Source: an uncultured Eubacteriales bacterium
GTDB taxonomy: Bacteria > Acidobacteriota > Aminicenantia > Aminicenantales > Saccharicenantaceae
Length of the DNA stretch: 64,000 nt
Assembly: GCA_964551995.1 (NCBI GenBank)
Contig: CAZKFD010000011.1
Span: forward strand, 43,374 to 107,373
Direction: 5' to 3'
Both the position numbers and the translations under genes were made by a program. Below the pieces are notes generated by a model. That model worked only from the letters and a program-made list of their open reading frames with translations, was not told where the DNA came from and did not search any database. Positions 54,728-63,616 of the stretch are shown in pieces; the first letter of the stretch is position 1; each line of letters opens with the position of its first letter.

Positions 54728-56209
54728 TCAATGGGAGGAGGGAAGGTGGACGGTGAAAGCCGTCCCTTTTCCGACCCGGGTGGAGACCTCGATTCTCCCC
54801 CCGTGGGCTTCCGCGATGGCTTTGGCGATGGTCAGGCCCAGACCGAATCCCGCCGGCCCACGCTTTCTCTCGGCCCGGTAGAAGCGGTCGAAGATATGGG
54901 GCAGGTCCCGGTCGGAGATCCCCGGCCCCGTGTCGCCGATAGTGATCTTGGCGCCGCCGGCGTCCCGGCCGACGGTGGCGGTCACGGTGCCACCCGGGGG
55001 AGTGTATTTCAGGGCGTTATCCAGCAGGTTCAGGAACAGCTGCTTGAGCCGGGACCTGTCGGCGCGGACGATGATCCCCTCGGGGGCCGTGATCCCGAGG
55101 CCGATGCTCTTCTGCTCCGCCGAGACCGTGAGGTCGGCCCCGATCTCGCCAACGAGCTGCCCGACGTCGACCGAGCTCTTGTCGAGCGTCATGGTGTTAC
55201 TGTCGTAGCGGGCCGCCGTCAGCAGGTTTTCGGAGAGAGTCGCCATCCTGTCGACCTCCTCGAGGCCGCTGCGCAGGATCTCCTCGTACTCCTCGGGCGA
55301 GCGGCTCTTCATGAGCGCCACTTCGATCTCGCCCTTGAGGACCGAGAGCGGCGTCCGGAGCTCGTGGGACAGGTCCTCGACGAACTGGCGCTGGCTCGAG
55401 AACGAACGTTCGAGCCGGTCGAGCATGCCGTTGAACGTCTCGGCCAGCCTGCGGATCTCATCTTCCGCCGCCGTTTTCGGCAGGCCGATGCGGGCCTTGA
55501 GGTTCTCGGCCGTGATGCCCCGGATCGTGTTGATCATCCGGTCGACCGGATTCAGGGTGATCTTGGCGAGAAAGACGCCGACGAGCCCACTGGCGACCAT
55601 GAGGGCGGGGAAGAGCAGGAACAGCAAGAGCTTCAAGTGGTTGAGGGTTGCGGAAAGCGACGTCAGCGGCGAGATCACCTGGATGGCGTAGGCCGGCCGC
55701 CCGTCTTCCAGGGCCAGCAAGGAGAAGGCCCTCAGCTTGACGCTCCGGCCGGGAACTGTCTCAGCGGACATGTCCGTCAAGCGGCCCGCCGGGCCCAGGC
55801 TCGAGACCGGCTCCCTGAGCGGGACGTCCCCGGCCGACGGAATCTTGCGGGAGGATGCAATCAGGGCCCCGTCGGCGTCCAGGATCCGGACGTCGATATT
55901 CAGCAGCACGGGATCGTCGATCTTCTCGAGCAGCCAGCGCTGGACGATCCGGTTGAAGTTCAGGTTGTGGATCTTGGTCAGGCCGGCGGGAGGCACGCCG
56001 GCCCGCACGGCGTCCGCCTTCTCGGCCTCCCAGAAGGCGTTGATGGAATCCCGGATCCCGCTGGCCTTGGAGGAGAGGAGGTCATTGATGTCGTCCTGAA
56101 GGTTCTGGTTAACGTAGTGATAGAGCACGGTGCCGAACACCACAAAGGTCAATGACAGCACGGCCAGATACCAGAGGACGATCCGCGTGCGGAGCGAGGT
56201 CAGCGCCAT
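54728..56209 (-). CDS. sensor histidine kinase (2 TM, HAMP, HisKA, HATPase_c)
   Basis: H-box VEDLSHELRTPLS, N-box LNLLDNALKYT, G-boxes DTGPGIS and GFGLGLTIA. Confidence 0.9.
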   Translation of the reverse strand: MALTSLRTRIVLWYLAVLSLTFVVFGTVLYHYVNQNLQDDINDLLSSKASGIRDSINAFWEAEKADAVRAGVPPAGLTKIHNLNFNRIVQRWLLEKIDDPVLLNIDVRILDADGALIASSRKIPSAGDVPLREPVSSLGPAGRLTDMSAETVPGRSVKLRAFSLLALEDGRPAYAIQVISPLTSLSATLNHLKLLLFLLFPALMVASGLVGVFLAKITLNPVDRMINTIRGITAENLKARIGLPKTAAEDEIRRLAETFNGMLDRLERSFSSQRQFVEDLSHELRTPLSVLKGEIEVALMKSRSPEEYEEILRSGLEEVDRMATLSENLLTAARYDSNTMTLDKSSVDVGQLVGEIGADLTVSAEQKSIGLGITAPEGIIVRADRSRLKQLFLNLLDNALKYTPPGGTVTATVGRDAGGAKITIGDTGPGISDRDLPHIFDRFYRAERKRGPAGFGLGLTIAKAIAEAHGGRIEVSTRVGKGTAFTVHLPSSH

Positions 56210-56210
56210 A

Positions 56211-56879
56211 TCAGCCTTTCAGTGTGTAGCCGCGGCCCCGGAGCGTGCTGATGAGCGGCTTCGAGCGGTTCTGGTCGACCTTTTTCCGGAGATAATTGAT
56301 GTAGACGTCGATGACGTTTGAAAAGGAGTCGAAGTTCATGTCCCAGACGTGTTCGGCGATCATCGTCCGGGTGACGACAGTGCCCTCGTTCCGCATCAGG
56401 TATTCCAGGAGGGCGAATTCCTTCGGTGTGAGGGCGACCTCCTCCCCGCCGCGGGTTACGCGATGGGTCACGACGTCCATCACGAGGTCGTCGACCTGGA
56501 GCTTCGTCGCGTCCCGGGAATCCTTCTTTCGCAAAAGAGCCCGGCAGCGGGCCAGGAACTCCTCGAAGGCGAAGGGCTTGGTCAGGTAATCGTCCGCTCC
56601 CGCGTCCAGCCCGACGACCTTGTCCCGCACCCTGTCTTTGGCCGTGAGCATGAGGATGGGGACGGCGAGGCCCTTTTCGCGCAGATTCCGGCACAGGCTC
56701 AGGCCGTCCATCTTGGGGAGCATCAGGTCGAGCACGATGAGATCGTATTTCTCCGTGGTGGCCAGGAAATACCCCTGCTCCCCGTCGTCGGCGACATCGA
56801 CGCTGTAGCCTTCTTCCTTGAGACCCCGCCTGACGAAGGAAGCGATCTTGGCTTCGTCCTCGATGACAAGAACTCTCAC
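56211..56879 (-). CDS. OmpR-family response regulator
   Basis: MRVLVIEDE...DLIVLDLMLPKMDG...LTAKD receiver domain plus a winged-helix output domain. Confidence 0.9.
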   Translation of the reverse strand: MRVLVIEDEAKIASFVRRGLKEEGYSVDVADDGEQGYFLATTEKYDLIVLDLMLPKMDGLSLCRNLREKGLAVPILMLTAKDRVRDKVVGLDAGADDYLTKPFAFEEFLARCRALLRKKDSRDATKLQVDDLVMDVVTHRVTRGGEEVALTPKEFALLEYLMRNEGTVVTRTMIAEHVWDMNFDSFSNVIDVYINYLRKKVDQNRSKPLISTLRGRGYTLKG

Positions 56880-56914
56880 CGGGAGCTTCTCCCCATACGG
56901 ATCGGCTGTTTGAT

Positions 56915-56947
56915 GGCCCGGCGCGATGTCCCGGATCGCGCCGGGCC
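56915..56947 (-). terminator. 13-bp perfect GC-rich stem-loop downstream of the MerR-family gene
   Basis: GGCCCGGCGCGAT (56915..56927) pairs with ATCGCGCCGGGCC (56935..56947) around a 7-nt loop. No U-tract follows. It lies between the merR-like stop and the response-regulator start. Confidence 0.35.
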
Positions 56948-56961
56948 GACCCTATTATACG

Positions 56962-57711
56962 CTACTTTTTCTTCGCCGCGGCATGGGCCTTCTTGATGAA
57001 GTCCCAGACCTCGGGGCCGAACATGCGGCGGTCCTCCGGGATCGCACCCGCCGTATAGGCCTGCCCGATCCTGGCCTTGAGCCCGGGATGGTTGCCGTAG
57101 GCTTCGTCGAGCAGGTCTTGCCAACGCTTCGCCAGAGATTGGGCGGTCTGGCCAGCCGGATCGGCGCCGAGGTTCTTTTTGACCTCGGCGATGAGCGCGG
57201 CCCAGCGGCGCTCGTACTCTGCCATGGCCGCGGGGGTGTAAGCCTTACCGATCTCCTGGAACTCCCGGAGCTCCTCCTTTGTGAAGAATTTCTCCTGCCA
57301 TGCCTTCTTGACGTCTTCGCCCATTTGAATGACCTCCATGATCTGAATGAGTTTTTTCCGGTTGATCCGGCCGTCCGTCTCGAGACGCTTCAGGACCTGA
57401 TCGATGGCCCGGGAGGCCCGCCTGAGCCGGCCGATCTCGTCCTTCACCGCCTCGCCCTGAATCTTCAGGGACCTGACGACTTCGAAGCCCTTGAGGTCGA
57501 GCAGGTCGCGGATCCGGGCAAGGGGGAAGCGCATGAACTTCAGCGTCACGATCTGCTGGAGACGAAGGAGGTCTGCCTCGCCGTAGACGCGGTACCCGTT
57601 GGGCTTCTGGAAGCTCGGCTTGAGCAGGCCGATCTGGTCGTAGTAATGGAGTGTCCTGACCGTGACCTTCGTCAGATCGGCGAACTCCTTGACGAGATAG
57701 GTTTGTTTCAT
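56962..57711 (-). CDS. MerR family transcriptional regulator with TipAS-like C-terminal effector domain (TipAL/Mta-like)
   Basis: MKQTYLVKEFADLTKVTVRTLHYYDQIGLLKP... is the MerR HTH. A coiled-coil linker is followed by a roughly 140-aa helical C-terminal domain, as in TipAL/SkgA/Mta. Confidence 0.9.
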   Translation of the reverse strand: MKQTYLVKEFADLTKVTVRTLHYYDQIGLLKPSFQKPNGYRVYGEADLLRLQQIVTLKFMRFPLARIRDLLDLKGFEVVRSLKIQGEAVKDEIGRLRRASRAIDQVLKRLETDGRINRKKLIQIMEVIQMGEDVKKAWQEKFFTKEELREFQEIGKAYTPAAMAEYERRWAALIAEVKKNLGADPAGQTAQSLAKRWQDLLDEAYGNHPGLKARIGQAYTAGAIPEDRRMFGPEVWDFIKKAHAAAKKK

Positions 57712-57729
57712 GCTCTTATCCCGGCCCCC

Positions 57730-57760
57730 ATTATCAACTATGACGTAACGTCAAAGTCAA
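57730..57760 (-). promoter_or_regulatory. MerR-type promoter: -35 TTGACT, 19-bp spacer containing the dyad TGACGT-a-ACGTCA, -10 GATAAT
   Basis: On the minus strand the sequence reads cTTGACT-ttgacgttacgtcatagt-tGATAAT. The 6-1-6 perfect palindrome (plus-strand 57741..57753) sits inside the 19-bp spacer. It is about 18 nt upstream of the merR-like ATG. Confidence 0.55.
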
Positions 57761-57892
57761 GAGTTTCCGCGGCTGCCGGCGTTTCACGGCCGGAATGAGA
57801 GGGGCCGGTGTTCCGGACGATGCCTCCGCTCTCTCCCCCCGAAGGCCATTCCTCCGGAAACGGCGGCCGGGAAGCGTCCCGATGGGGGCCGG

Positions 57893-59206
57893 TCAGTCGG
57901 TCACGGGCAGGCCCGTCGCCCGGTCGAGGGCCGTCTGGCTCAGGACAAACTCGTAGAGGGCCCGGAGCTTGAGGAACTGGGCCTCGACGAAGGCGTCTTC
58001 GGTGTCCAGAAGATCCAGGTTCGTGATGGTGCCGGCTTCGTAGCGGGCTCTGGCGAACTCCAGGGCTTTTTTGGCCTGCTCGATGTCGACCTCCACGGAG
58101 CGGAGTTTTTCTTCGCTGGCTTTCACGTCGGAAACCGCTTGCAGGACTTCGGACCGGATCAGGTCGTCGAGCTCGCGCGTCCGGTTTTTGATAGCCGTGA
58201 GCCCGGCTTCCGCTTCCGCCTTCAGGCTTCGAGTGAGGCCGCCGTCAAAGATGGGAACATCGACCTGGACGGCGGCCACGTAATCGAGCTTCCAGGTGTT
58301 GACGTTGGGGATATAGCCGTTCTTCGTTCCGCCGAGGATGTTCAGGCTGACCGAGGGCCGGTCGCGGAGACCGGCGACGCGAACCTGGAGGTCGGCCGTC
58401 CGGATCAGGTTCTGGAGGGCCCGGGCCTCCGGCCGCTTCTGCCACGCGTCCTTGATAAGCGCGTCGGGGTCGAGGGCCATCTCGCGGTAGGTGAATTCGC
58501 CGCGGAGCTTGAGCGGGGCGACGGATTCAAAGCCCATCAGGCGGCGCAGGGCAAGCTCCTGCTTTTCCATGCTGTTCTCGAGGTCGACGATCTGGTTCTG
58601 GGCCGCGACGAGCCGGACCTGCGTATTGAGCACCTCGAGCTCGGTCGCCGTTCCGATGGCCAGCTTCTTGCGGCTGATCTGGATGTGGTCGTTGAGGTCC
58701 CGGACGTGGTCGTTTTCGACGCGGATGCTCTCCTGGAGGAAGAGAATGGCGTCGAAGAGTTGGGCGGTCTCGAACGCGAGATCGCGCTTCATCAAGTCCC
58801 TGTGGTCCTCGGCCGTCGCCACTTCGGACGTGGAAAGTCTGACCGATTCCTTGGTCCGTCCGCCGTCGTAGATCAGCTGGCGGAGGCCGGCGTGGAGGTC
58901 GAAATTATTGGCCGGGTACAGTTCGAAGGTGCCGAGGCCGGGGACGGCCAGGACTTCCAGCGGCCCGATCCGGGTGTATGAGAGGCTGCCGGCGAAGTTG
59001 GGCTTGAGGGCCGTGCGGGATTCATCGACGCGGGCCAGGGAGACGGCCACGGAATCCGAGGCCTCCTTGAGGGCGGGGTTGTGGGCCAGCACGATCCGCA
59101 CCGCATCCTCGAGGCTGAGCGAGTCGGCTTCGGATGTCTGGGGGAATGCCGACAGGGGGAGAAAAAGGACCAGAAGAATCAAAATGTTCACGCGAAGATG
59201 TCTCAT
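57893..59206 (-). CDS. TolC-family outer membrane efflux protein
   Basis: Signal peptide MRHLRVNILILLVLFLPLSAFPQ. Two OEP repeats with the typical heptad pattern. 437 aa. Confidence 0.85.
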   Translation of the reverse strand: MRHLRVNILILLVLFLPLSAFPQTSEADSLSLEDAVRIVLAHNPALKEASDSVAVSLARVDESRTALKPNFAGSLSYTRIGPLEVLAVPGLGTFELYPANNFDLHAGLRQLIYDGGRTKESVRLSTSEVATAEDHRDLMKRDLAFETAQLFDAILFLQESIRVENDHVRDLNDHIQISRKKLAIGTATELEVLNTQVRLVAAQNQIVDLENSMEKQELALRRLMGFESVAPLKLRGEFTYREMALDPDALIKDAWQKRPEARALQNLIRTADLQVRVAGLRDRPSVSLNILGGTKNGYIPNVNTWKLDYVAAVQVDVPIFDGGLTRSLKAEAEAGLTAIKNRTRELDDLIRSEVLQAVSDVKASEEKLRSVEVDIEQAKKALEFARARYEAGTITNLDLLDTEDAFVEAQFLKLRALYEFVLSQTALDRATGLPVTD

Positions 59207-59289
59207 CGTCGTTCACCTTTCGGTCCGTCTTGTTACGGGATTCGCCCCGGCCGCGGCCCCGGCCGGCGGCGTCCCTGAACGATCGCCGG

Positions 59290-60321
59290 CTACTTGATCC
59301 GGATCTTGATCTCGACCGACATTCCGGGGCGCAGGGGAAATTCCCTCCGAAGCTCGGGGTTCATGTCGTCCAGGTAGATCCGCAGCGGCACCCGCTGCGT
59401 AATCTTGGTGAAATTGCCCGAGGCGTTGTCGGGTGGGATGAGTGAGAACTGGGCGGCCGTGTAATCGTAGATCAAACCGACCTTCCCGGTGAAGGTCCGG
59501 CCGGGATAGGTGTCGATCGTGACCGTCGCCGGATCCTGCAGCCTGATGTGGCCGAGCTTGGTCTCTTCGAGGTTGGCCGTCACCCAGATGCGCTCGGTCT
59601 CGTAGATCGTGAAGACGGGCTGCCCGGGCTGGACGATATCCCCCTCCATCAGCCAGCGCTTCGAAACGATCCCGTCGAAAGGGGCCACGACGGTCATGTT
59701 CTGCAGCTGCGTCTCGGCGACGCCCAGCTGGGCCTTGGCCACACCGATTCGGGACACGGCGATGGCATATTCCGCCCGGGCCGCGTCCAGGGTCTGTTGG
59801 GCGTGGATATGCTGCTCCTTGGTGATGACCGAATTCTTGTATTGCAGATCCGCCCTTTCGAAATCGTCCGAGGCCCGGTCGACGTTGACCTTGGCCAGCT
59901 CGAGGCTGTTCTCGGCCAGGCTGAGACCGGCCCTGGCCTGCTCCACCTGGGCCCGGACGTCCGTGTCGTCGAGCTGGATCAGCAGCTGGCTCCTCTTCAC
60001 CGCGCCCCCCTCGTCAACCGTCAGCCGGACGATCCGGCCGAGGACCTTGGTGCTGATCGAAACCCGGTCGGCGTCCAGGTAGGCGTCGTCCGTGGAAACG
60101 TAGTTGAGCAGGTTCTTGTACCAGTACCAGGCCCCGAGAGCCATGGCCAGGACGAGGAGAAAGAAGGGAATGAGAACCCGCTTCTTCCGGTAGAGGGGGA
60201 CATGATTGATCGCTTCGTTGTCCTCGCCGCCGTTCGGCGGCGTCGCGGCATCCGGCGGAGGATCGGCCGGCCCGGTGCTGGCCCGGCCAGCGGGCCTAGG
60301 CTCTTTCGGTCCCTGTTCCAT
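59290..60321 (-). CDS. HlyD-family membrane fusion / secretion protein (EmrA-like)
   Basis: Low-complexity cytoplasmic N-terminus, one TM (VLIPFFLLVLAMALGAWYWY), a long coiled-coil (VRAQVEQARAGLSLAENSLELAKVNVDR...), then lipoyl/beta-barrel domains. The true start may lie downstream of 60321. Confidence 0.85.
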   Translation of the reverse strand: MEQGPKEPRPAGRASTGPADPPPDAATPPNGGEDNEAINHVPLYRKKRVLIPFFLLVLAMALGAWYWYKNLLNYVSTDDAYLDADRVSISTKVLGRIVRLTVDEGGAVKRSQLLIQLDDTDVRAQVEQARAGLSLAENSLELAKVNVDRASDDFERADLQYKNSVITKEQHIHAQQTLDAARAEYAIAVSRIGVAKAQLGVAETQLQNMTVVAPFDGIVSKRWLMEGDIVQPGQPVFTIYETERIWVTANLEETKLGHIRLQDPATVTIDTYPGRTFTGKVGLIYDYTAAQFSLIPPDNASGNFTKITQRVPLRIYLDDMNPELRREFPLRPGMSVEIKIRIK

Positions 60322-60766
60322 AAGTGGATCTCCTTCGTTCGAGGTTCGCCCGGATATGCTCCAGAAGCCGCCGCAGCAACTTTTTCTCTTCTCCCGTCAG
60401 ACCCGACAGCAGCCGCCTCTCCTGGCTGCGCCAGACACGGAGAACGGGGCCCTCCAGCACCCGGCCTTTCCGCGTCGCATAAACCCGCGTCACCCGGGCG
60501 TCGTCCTTGTCGGGGCGGCGCCCGACGAGGCCGGCTTTAGCCATGCGCCGGAGCATAATGCTGACTGTGGCCTGTTCCACACCGAGCCGTTCCGCCAGCT
60601 GCCCCTGGGATAGGCTATGGCCGGCACAAAGGTGGATGAGCAGGAGCTCCTGTCCGACGCGCAGTCCGAGCCGTCCGAGCGCCCTTTCTCCCTCCTGACG
60701 AAAGGCCTTGTGGGCCATGACGAATTCGATGCCCACGAAGCCCGCAAGTTGCTTGACGGTCGTCAT
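60296..60766 (-). CDS. MarR family transcriptional regulator
   Basis: 156 aa. wHTH region reads LSQGQLAERLGVEQATVSIMLRRMAKAGLVGRRPDKDDARVTRVYATRKG. Confidence 0.85.
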   Translation of the reverse strand: MTTVKQLAGFVGIEFVMAHKAFRQEGERALGRLGLRVGQELLLIHLCAGHSLSQGQLAERLGVEQATVSIMLRRMAKAGLVGRRPDKDDARVTRVYATRKGRVLEGPVLRVWRSQERRLLSGLTGEEKKLLRRLLEHIRANLERRRSTYGTGTERA

Positions 60767-60882
60767 GCGGGTCTGTCGCCTCCGGAGGAACAGTCAACTG
60801 ATTAGACGTCAAAGCATTATCGTTCGATCGCCGCGGGCTGTCAAGAACGAGGAGAAATTTTTTTCCGCTGGGGCCCGGTGTT

Positions 60883-62196
60883 TCACCGCCAGCGGTAGCC
60901 CGTTGTGAACTCGAAAGCGCTGCGCGTGAGGTTCGCGTCGCTCGTCCGGGAAAACTGGAATTCGAGCCGGACGTTCCGGAAGATATACCAGGTGACCCCG
61001 GCCGCGTAGATGTTGCCCGGGGTGGGGAGCAGGTCCTGGATGGTCAGGTCCTCGAGCAGCCGGGTGCCGTGGCCGTAGCCGACCGAAATGAAGTTGTCGG
61101 TCGAAAAATACCGCCGGAGGTTGAGGACCCAGGAAAAGGTGGCGTTTCCATTTTCGGAGCCGTAATTCAGGCGGACGTAGGGATAGTAGTTCCCCAGATA
61201 ATAACCCACGGAGCCCAGGACGAGCGTCATCGGCCGGTCCACGAAGCTCATGTGCCAGACGCCGACCGACACCTCCGCCGCGGATAGGATCCCCTGATAG
61301 ATTTCAATGAGCGCGGATAGCCTCGGGTAATAGACGGCTTCGGGCGAATAACTCAGGTCGATCCGGGCATAGGCTTTCGTCCAGAGCCGCGGATAGGCTT
61401 CGGCCTCGAACTGACGGTCCGTCTCGGCATAGCGGTGGGTCTGGTTGTATTTCAGGGCCATGACGCCGGTATCGCCGGGGAGGCCGAAGAGCACCGCGAC
61501 CTGATCGTCCTGGAAATCCGCCCGGCCGTCGCTCCAATCGTCCACCTCGTGGCCGTAACGGACCTCGAGCCTCGGCTCCAGCCGCGGCGTCGACGACGTC
61601 AGGAAGATCTTGTAGTCGTCGTTCGCCGGGTCGAGAGCGGCGGCTTTCTCGAAGTCTTCCCGGGCCCGACCCCGGTTCCCCTGCCACTGCTCGACGAGTC
61701 CGAGATGGAAATAGGCGTCCGCGTTCCGAGGGTCGCGGGCGAGCACTTTCTGAAGGATGGTCCGGGCCTCGGCGAAGTCCCCGCGCCGCGCCGCGATGTC
61801 GGCAGTGCCGACCAGGGCCCCCTCGTTGGCCGGGTCGAATCCGAGAACCTCGCGGTACCGGGCGAGGGCGTCGGCATACCGCCCCTTCCAGGTGAGGAGC
61901 CTCGCCATGAACAGGAGGACGTCCCCGTTCCTGGGGAAGAGGGCGTTCATCCTCTCGAGCCGGGACAGGGCCTTGTCTCTTTCTCCGGAGCGGGAATAGG
62001 CCTGGACGAGAAGGAAGTTGACGTCGTAATTAGCCGGCGCCGACTCGAGGAGGTCGAGGCAGATCGTGATCGTCGCCGCGTAATCCTTCTGCTGGAGGGC
62101 GCGCTGCGCCCGGTCGTACGGACGGTTGTCGTCGGCGGCCCACAGCTGAGAAATTCCGACCAAGAGAGCCAGTGCGATCGCGGTTGTTCTTTTCAT
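60883..62196 (-). CDS. YaiO-family outer membrane beta-barrel protein with N-terminal TPR repeats
   Basis: Signal peptide MKRTTAIALALLVGISQLWA. About four TPR units (AYSRSGERDKALSRLERMNALFP..., ADALARYREVLGFDP..., AEARTILQKVLARDP..., GRAREDFEKAAALDP). A C-terminal amphipathic beta-strand region ends in an aromatic-rich terminus (FTTGYRWR). ATG at 62196 overlaps the upstream gene's stop as ATGA. Confidence 0.75.
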   Translation of the reverse strand: MKRTTAIALALLVGISQLWAADDNRPYDRAQRALQQKDYAATITICLDLLESAPANYDVNFLLVQAYSRSGERDKALSRLERMNALFPRNGDVLLFMARLLTWKGRYADALARYREVLGFDPANEGALVGTADIAARRGDFAEARTILQKVLARDPRNADAYFHLGLVEQWQGNRGRAREDFEKAAALDPANDDYKIFLTSSTPRLEPRLEVRYGHEVDDWSDGRADFQDDQVAVLFGLPGDTGVMALKYNQTHRYAETDRQFEAEAYPRLWTKAYARIDLSYSPEAVYYPRLSALIEIYQGILSAAEVSVGVWHMSFVDRPMTLVLGSVGYYLGNYYPYVRLNYGSENGNATFSWVLNLRRYFSTDNFISVGYGHGTRLLEDLTIQDLLPTPGNIYAAGVTWYIFRNVRLEFQFSRTSDANLTRSAFEFTTGYRWR

Positions 62197-63614
62197 GGCT
62201 GTTCGTGCTCCAGCGTGAACCCCTTCTTTTCCATTGTCCCCCACTCATTCCGGCCGCAGGCCAGGTCCCAGAAGGCCTTGACCCGGACGGCGGCGAGCCA
62301 CTGCCGATACACGAGATTTTCCAGGATGCCGAAGACCGTGATGGTGATGACATCCACCAGGCGCGGATAGCGCTGCAGGGAGTATTCCTCGAGGAGGATG
62401 GCCGTGAGCGAGAGGAGCATTCCATAGACGACGGCCAGGAGAAAGAAGCGAACGGCGAACGGAGAGTCGACTTGGCCGGTGACGATGAAATAGAGGAAAA
62501 GGATGTAGCCAAGGATCTCAATAGGAGGTCCCAACATCTCAAAGATCATGTAGAACGGCATGGCGACCATCCCGGTCGCCCCGTAGCGGGGATTGAACAT
62601 CATCCTCAGGTTCCGGGTGAGGACATCGACGAGTCCCCGGTGCCAGCGGTTCCTCTGCCGGGCCAGGGTCTTGAAGTTTTCTGGGGCTTCGGTCCAGCAA
62701 ATGGGGTCGGGGATGAAGGTGATGCGATAGGGAATCCTCCGCTCGTGGAGGTGCCGGCGGAGGCGGACGACCAAATCCATGTCCTCGCCGATAGTCTCCT
62801 TCCTGTAGCCGCCGATCTGAAGTGCCATATCCTTTCGGAATAGGCCGAAGGCTCCGGAGATGATGAGGAGGCAGTTCATCATGCTCATCCCCATCCTTCC
62901 GCCGAGGAAGGCCCTCAGGTATTCGAGGATCTGGAAGCGGGCCAGGGCGTTGCGCGGCATCCCGATCCTGTGGACTTGACCGCTCTTGATCACGCATCCG
63001 TTGCTCAGCCGCACGACTCCCCCGACGCCGACAGTCCGCTCGGGGTCTTCGTGAAAGGGCCGGACGACCTTGAGGAGGGCATCGCGGTCGAGAATGGAGT
63101 CCGCGTCGATCGCGCAGAACAGCGGGTAGCGAGCGATATTGAGACCGGCATTCAGCGCGTCCGCCTTTTTGCCGTTGACTTTGTCTACGACGACGAGCTT
63201 GGGCTCCTGGGGCGACATGTAGATTCCGTGGACAGGCGCCGTCTCGATGGATTTGCGGAAGACCCGGCTTGTTTTTTTCAGGTCAAAGGCGCGGATGAGT
63301 ATGTCGAGCGTGGCATCGGTCGACCCGTCATTGACGATAATGACCTCGTAGAGCGGGTATTCGAGGGTCAGAAGCGACCGGACGCTCTCGATAATGCCCT
63401 GCTCTTCGTTGTAGGCCGGGGCGATGATTGAGATCGGTTTGGCCAGCGGGAGGGTGAAGATCTCGTTCAGCCGGACATAGCTGGTCAGCCTCTGGTAGCG
63501 CAGGATGCCCACAAGCGAGAGGAGGACGAAGAGCAGATAGAAACTGTTGATCAGGAGGAAATAGACCAGGATGGAATCGGAGACGAGGCGGAAAAGAAAG
63601 TCGAGCACGTTCAC
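62193..63614 (-). CDS. GT2 family processive membrane glycosyltransferase (PgaC/IcaA/YaiP-like synthase)
   Basis: N-terminal TMs, then a GT-A domain with DGSTD, DAD (CAIDADS) and QRNRWHRG (QxxRW) motifs. C-terminal TM helices follow. Confidence 0.9.
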   Translation of the reverse strand: MNVLDFLFRLVSDSILVYFLLINSFYLLFVLLSLVGILRYQRLTSYVRLNEIFTLPLAKPISIIAPAYNEEQGIIESVRSLLTLEYPLYEVIIVNDGSTDATLDILIRAFDLKKTSRVFRKSIETAPVHGIYMSPQEPKLVVVDKVNGKKADALNAGLNIARYPLFCAIDADSILDRDALLKVVRPFHEDPERTVGVGGVVRLSNGCVIKSGQVHRIGMPRNALARFQILEYLRAFLGGRMGMSMMNCLLIISGAFGLFRKDMALQIGGYRKETIGEDMDLVVRLRRHLHERRIPYRITFIPDPICWTEAPENFKTLARQRNRWHRGLVDVLTRNLRMMFNPRYGATGMVAMPFYMIFEMLGPPIEILGYILFLYFIVTGQVDSPFAVRFFLLAVVYGMLLSLTAILLEEYSLQRYPRLVDVITITVFGILENLVYRQWLAAVRVKAFWDLACGRNEWGTMEKKGFTLEHEQP

Positions 63615-63616
63615 CC

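Noticed and set aside
60857-60899. Hairpin CCGCTGG...CCAGCGG at the 3' end of the YaiO-like gene as an intrinsic terminator.
   Set aside because: On the transcribed (minus) strand the hairpin spans the stop codon and is followed by an A-tract rather than a U-tract. The T-tract is on the wrong side for a plus-strand terminator.
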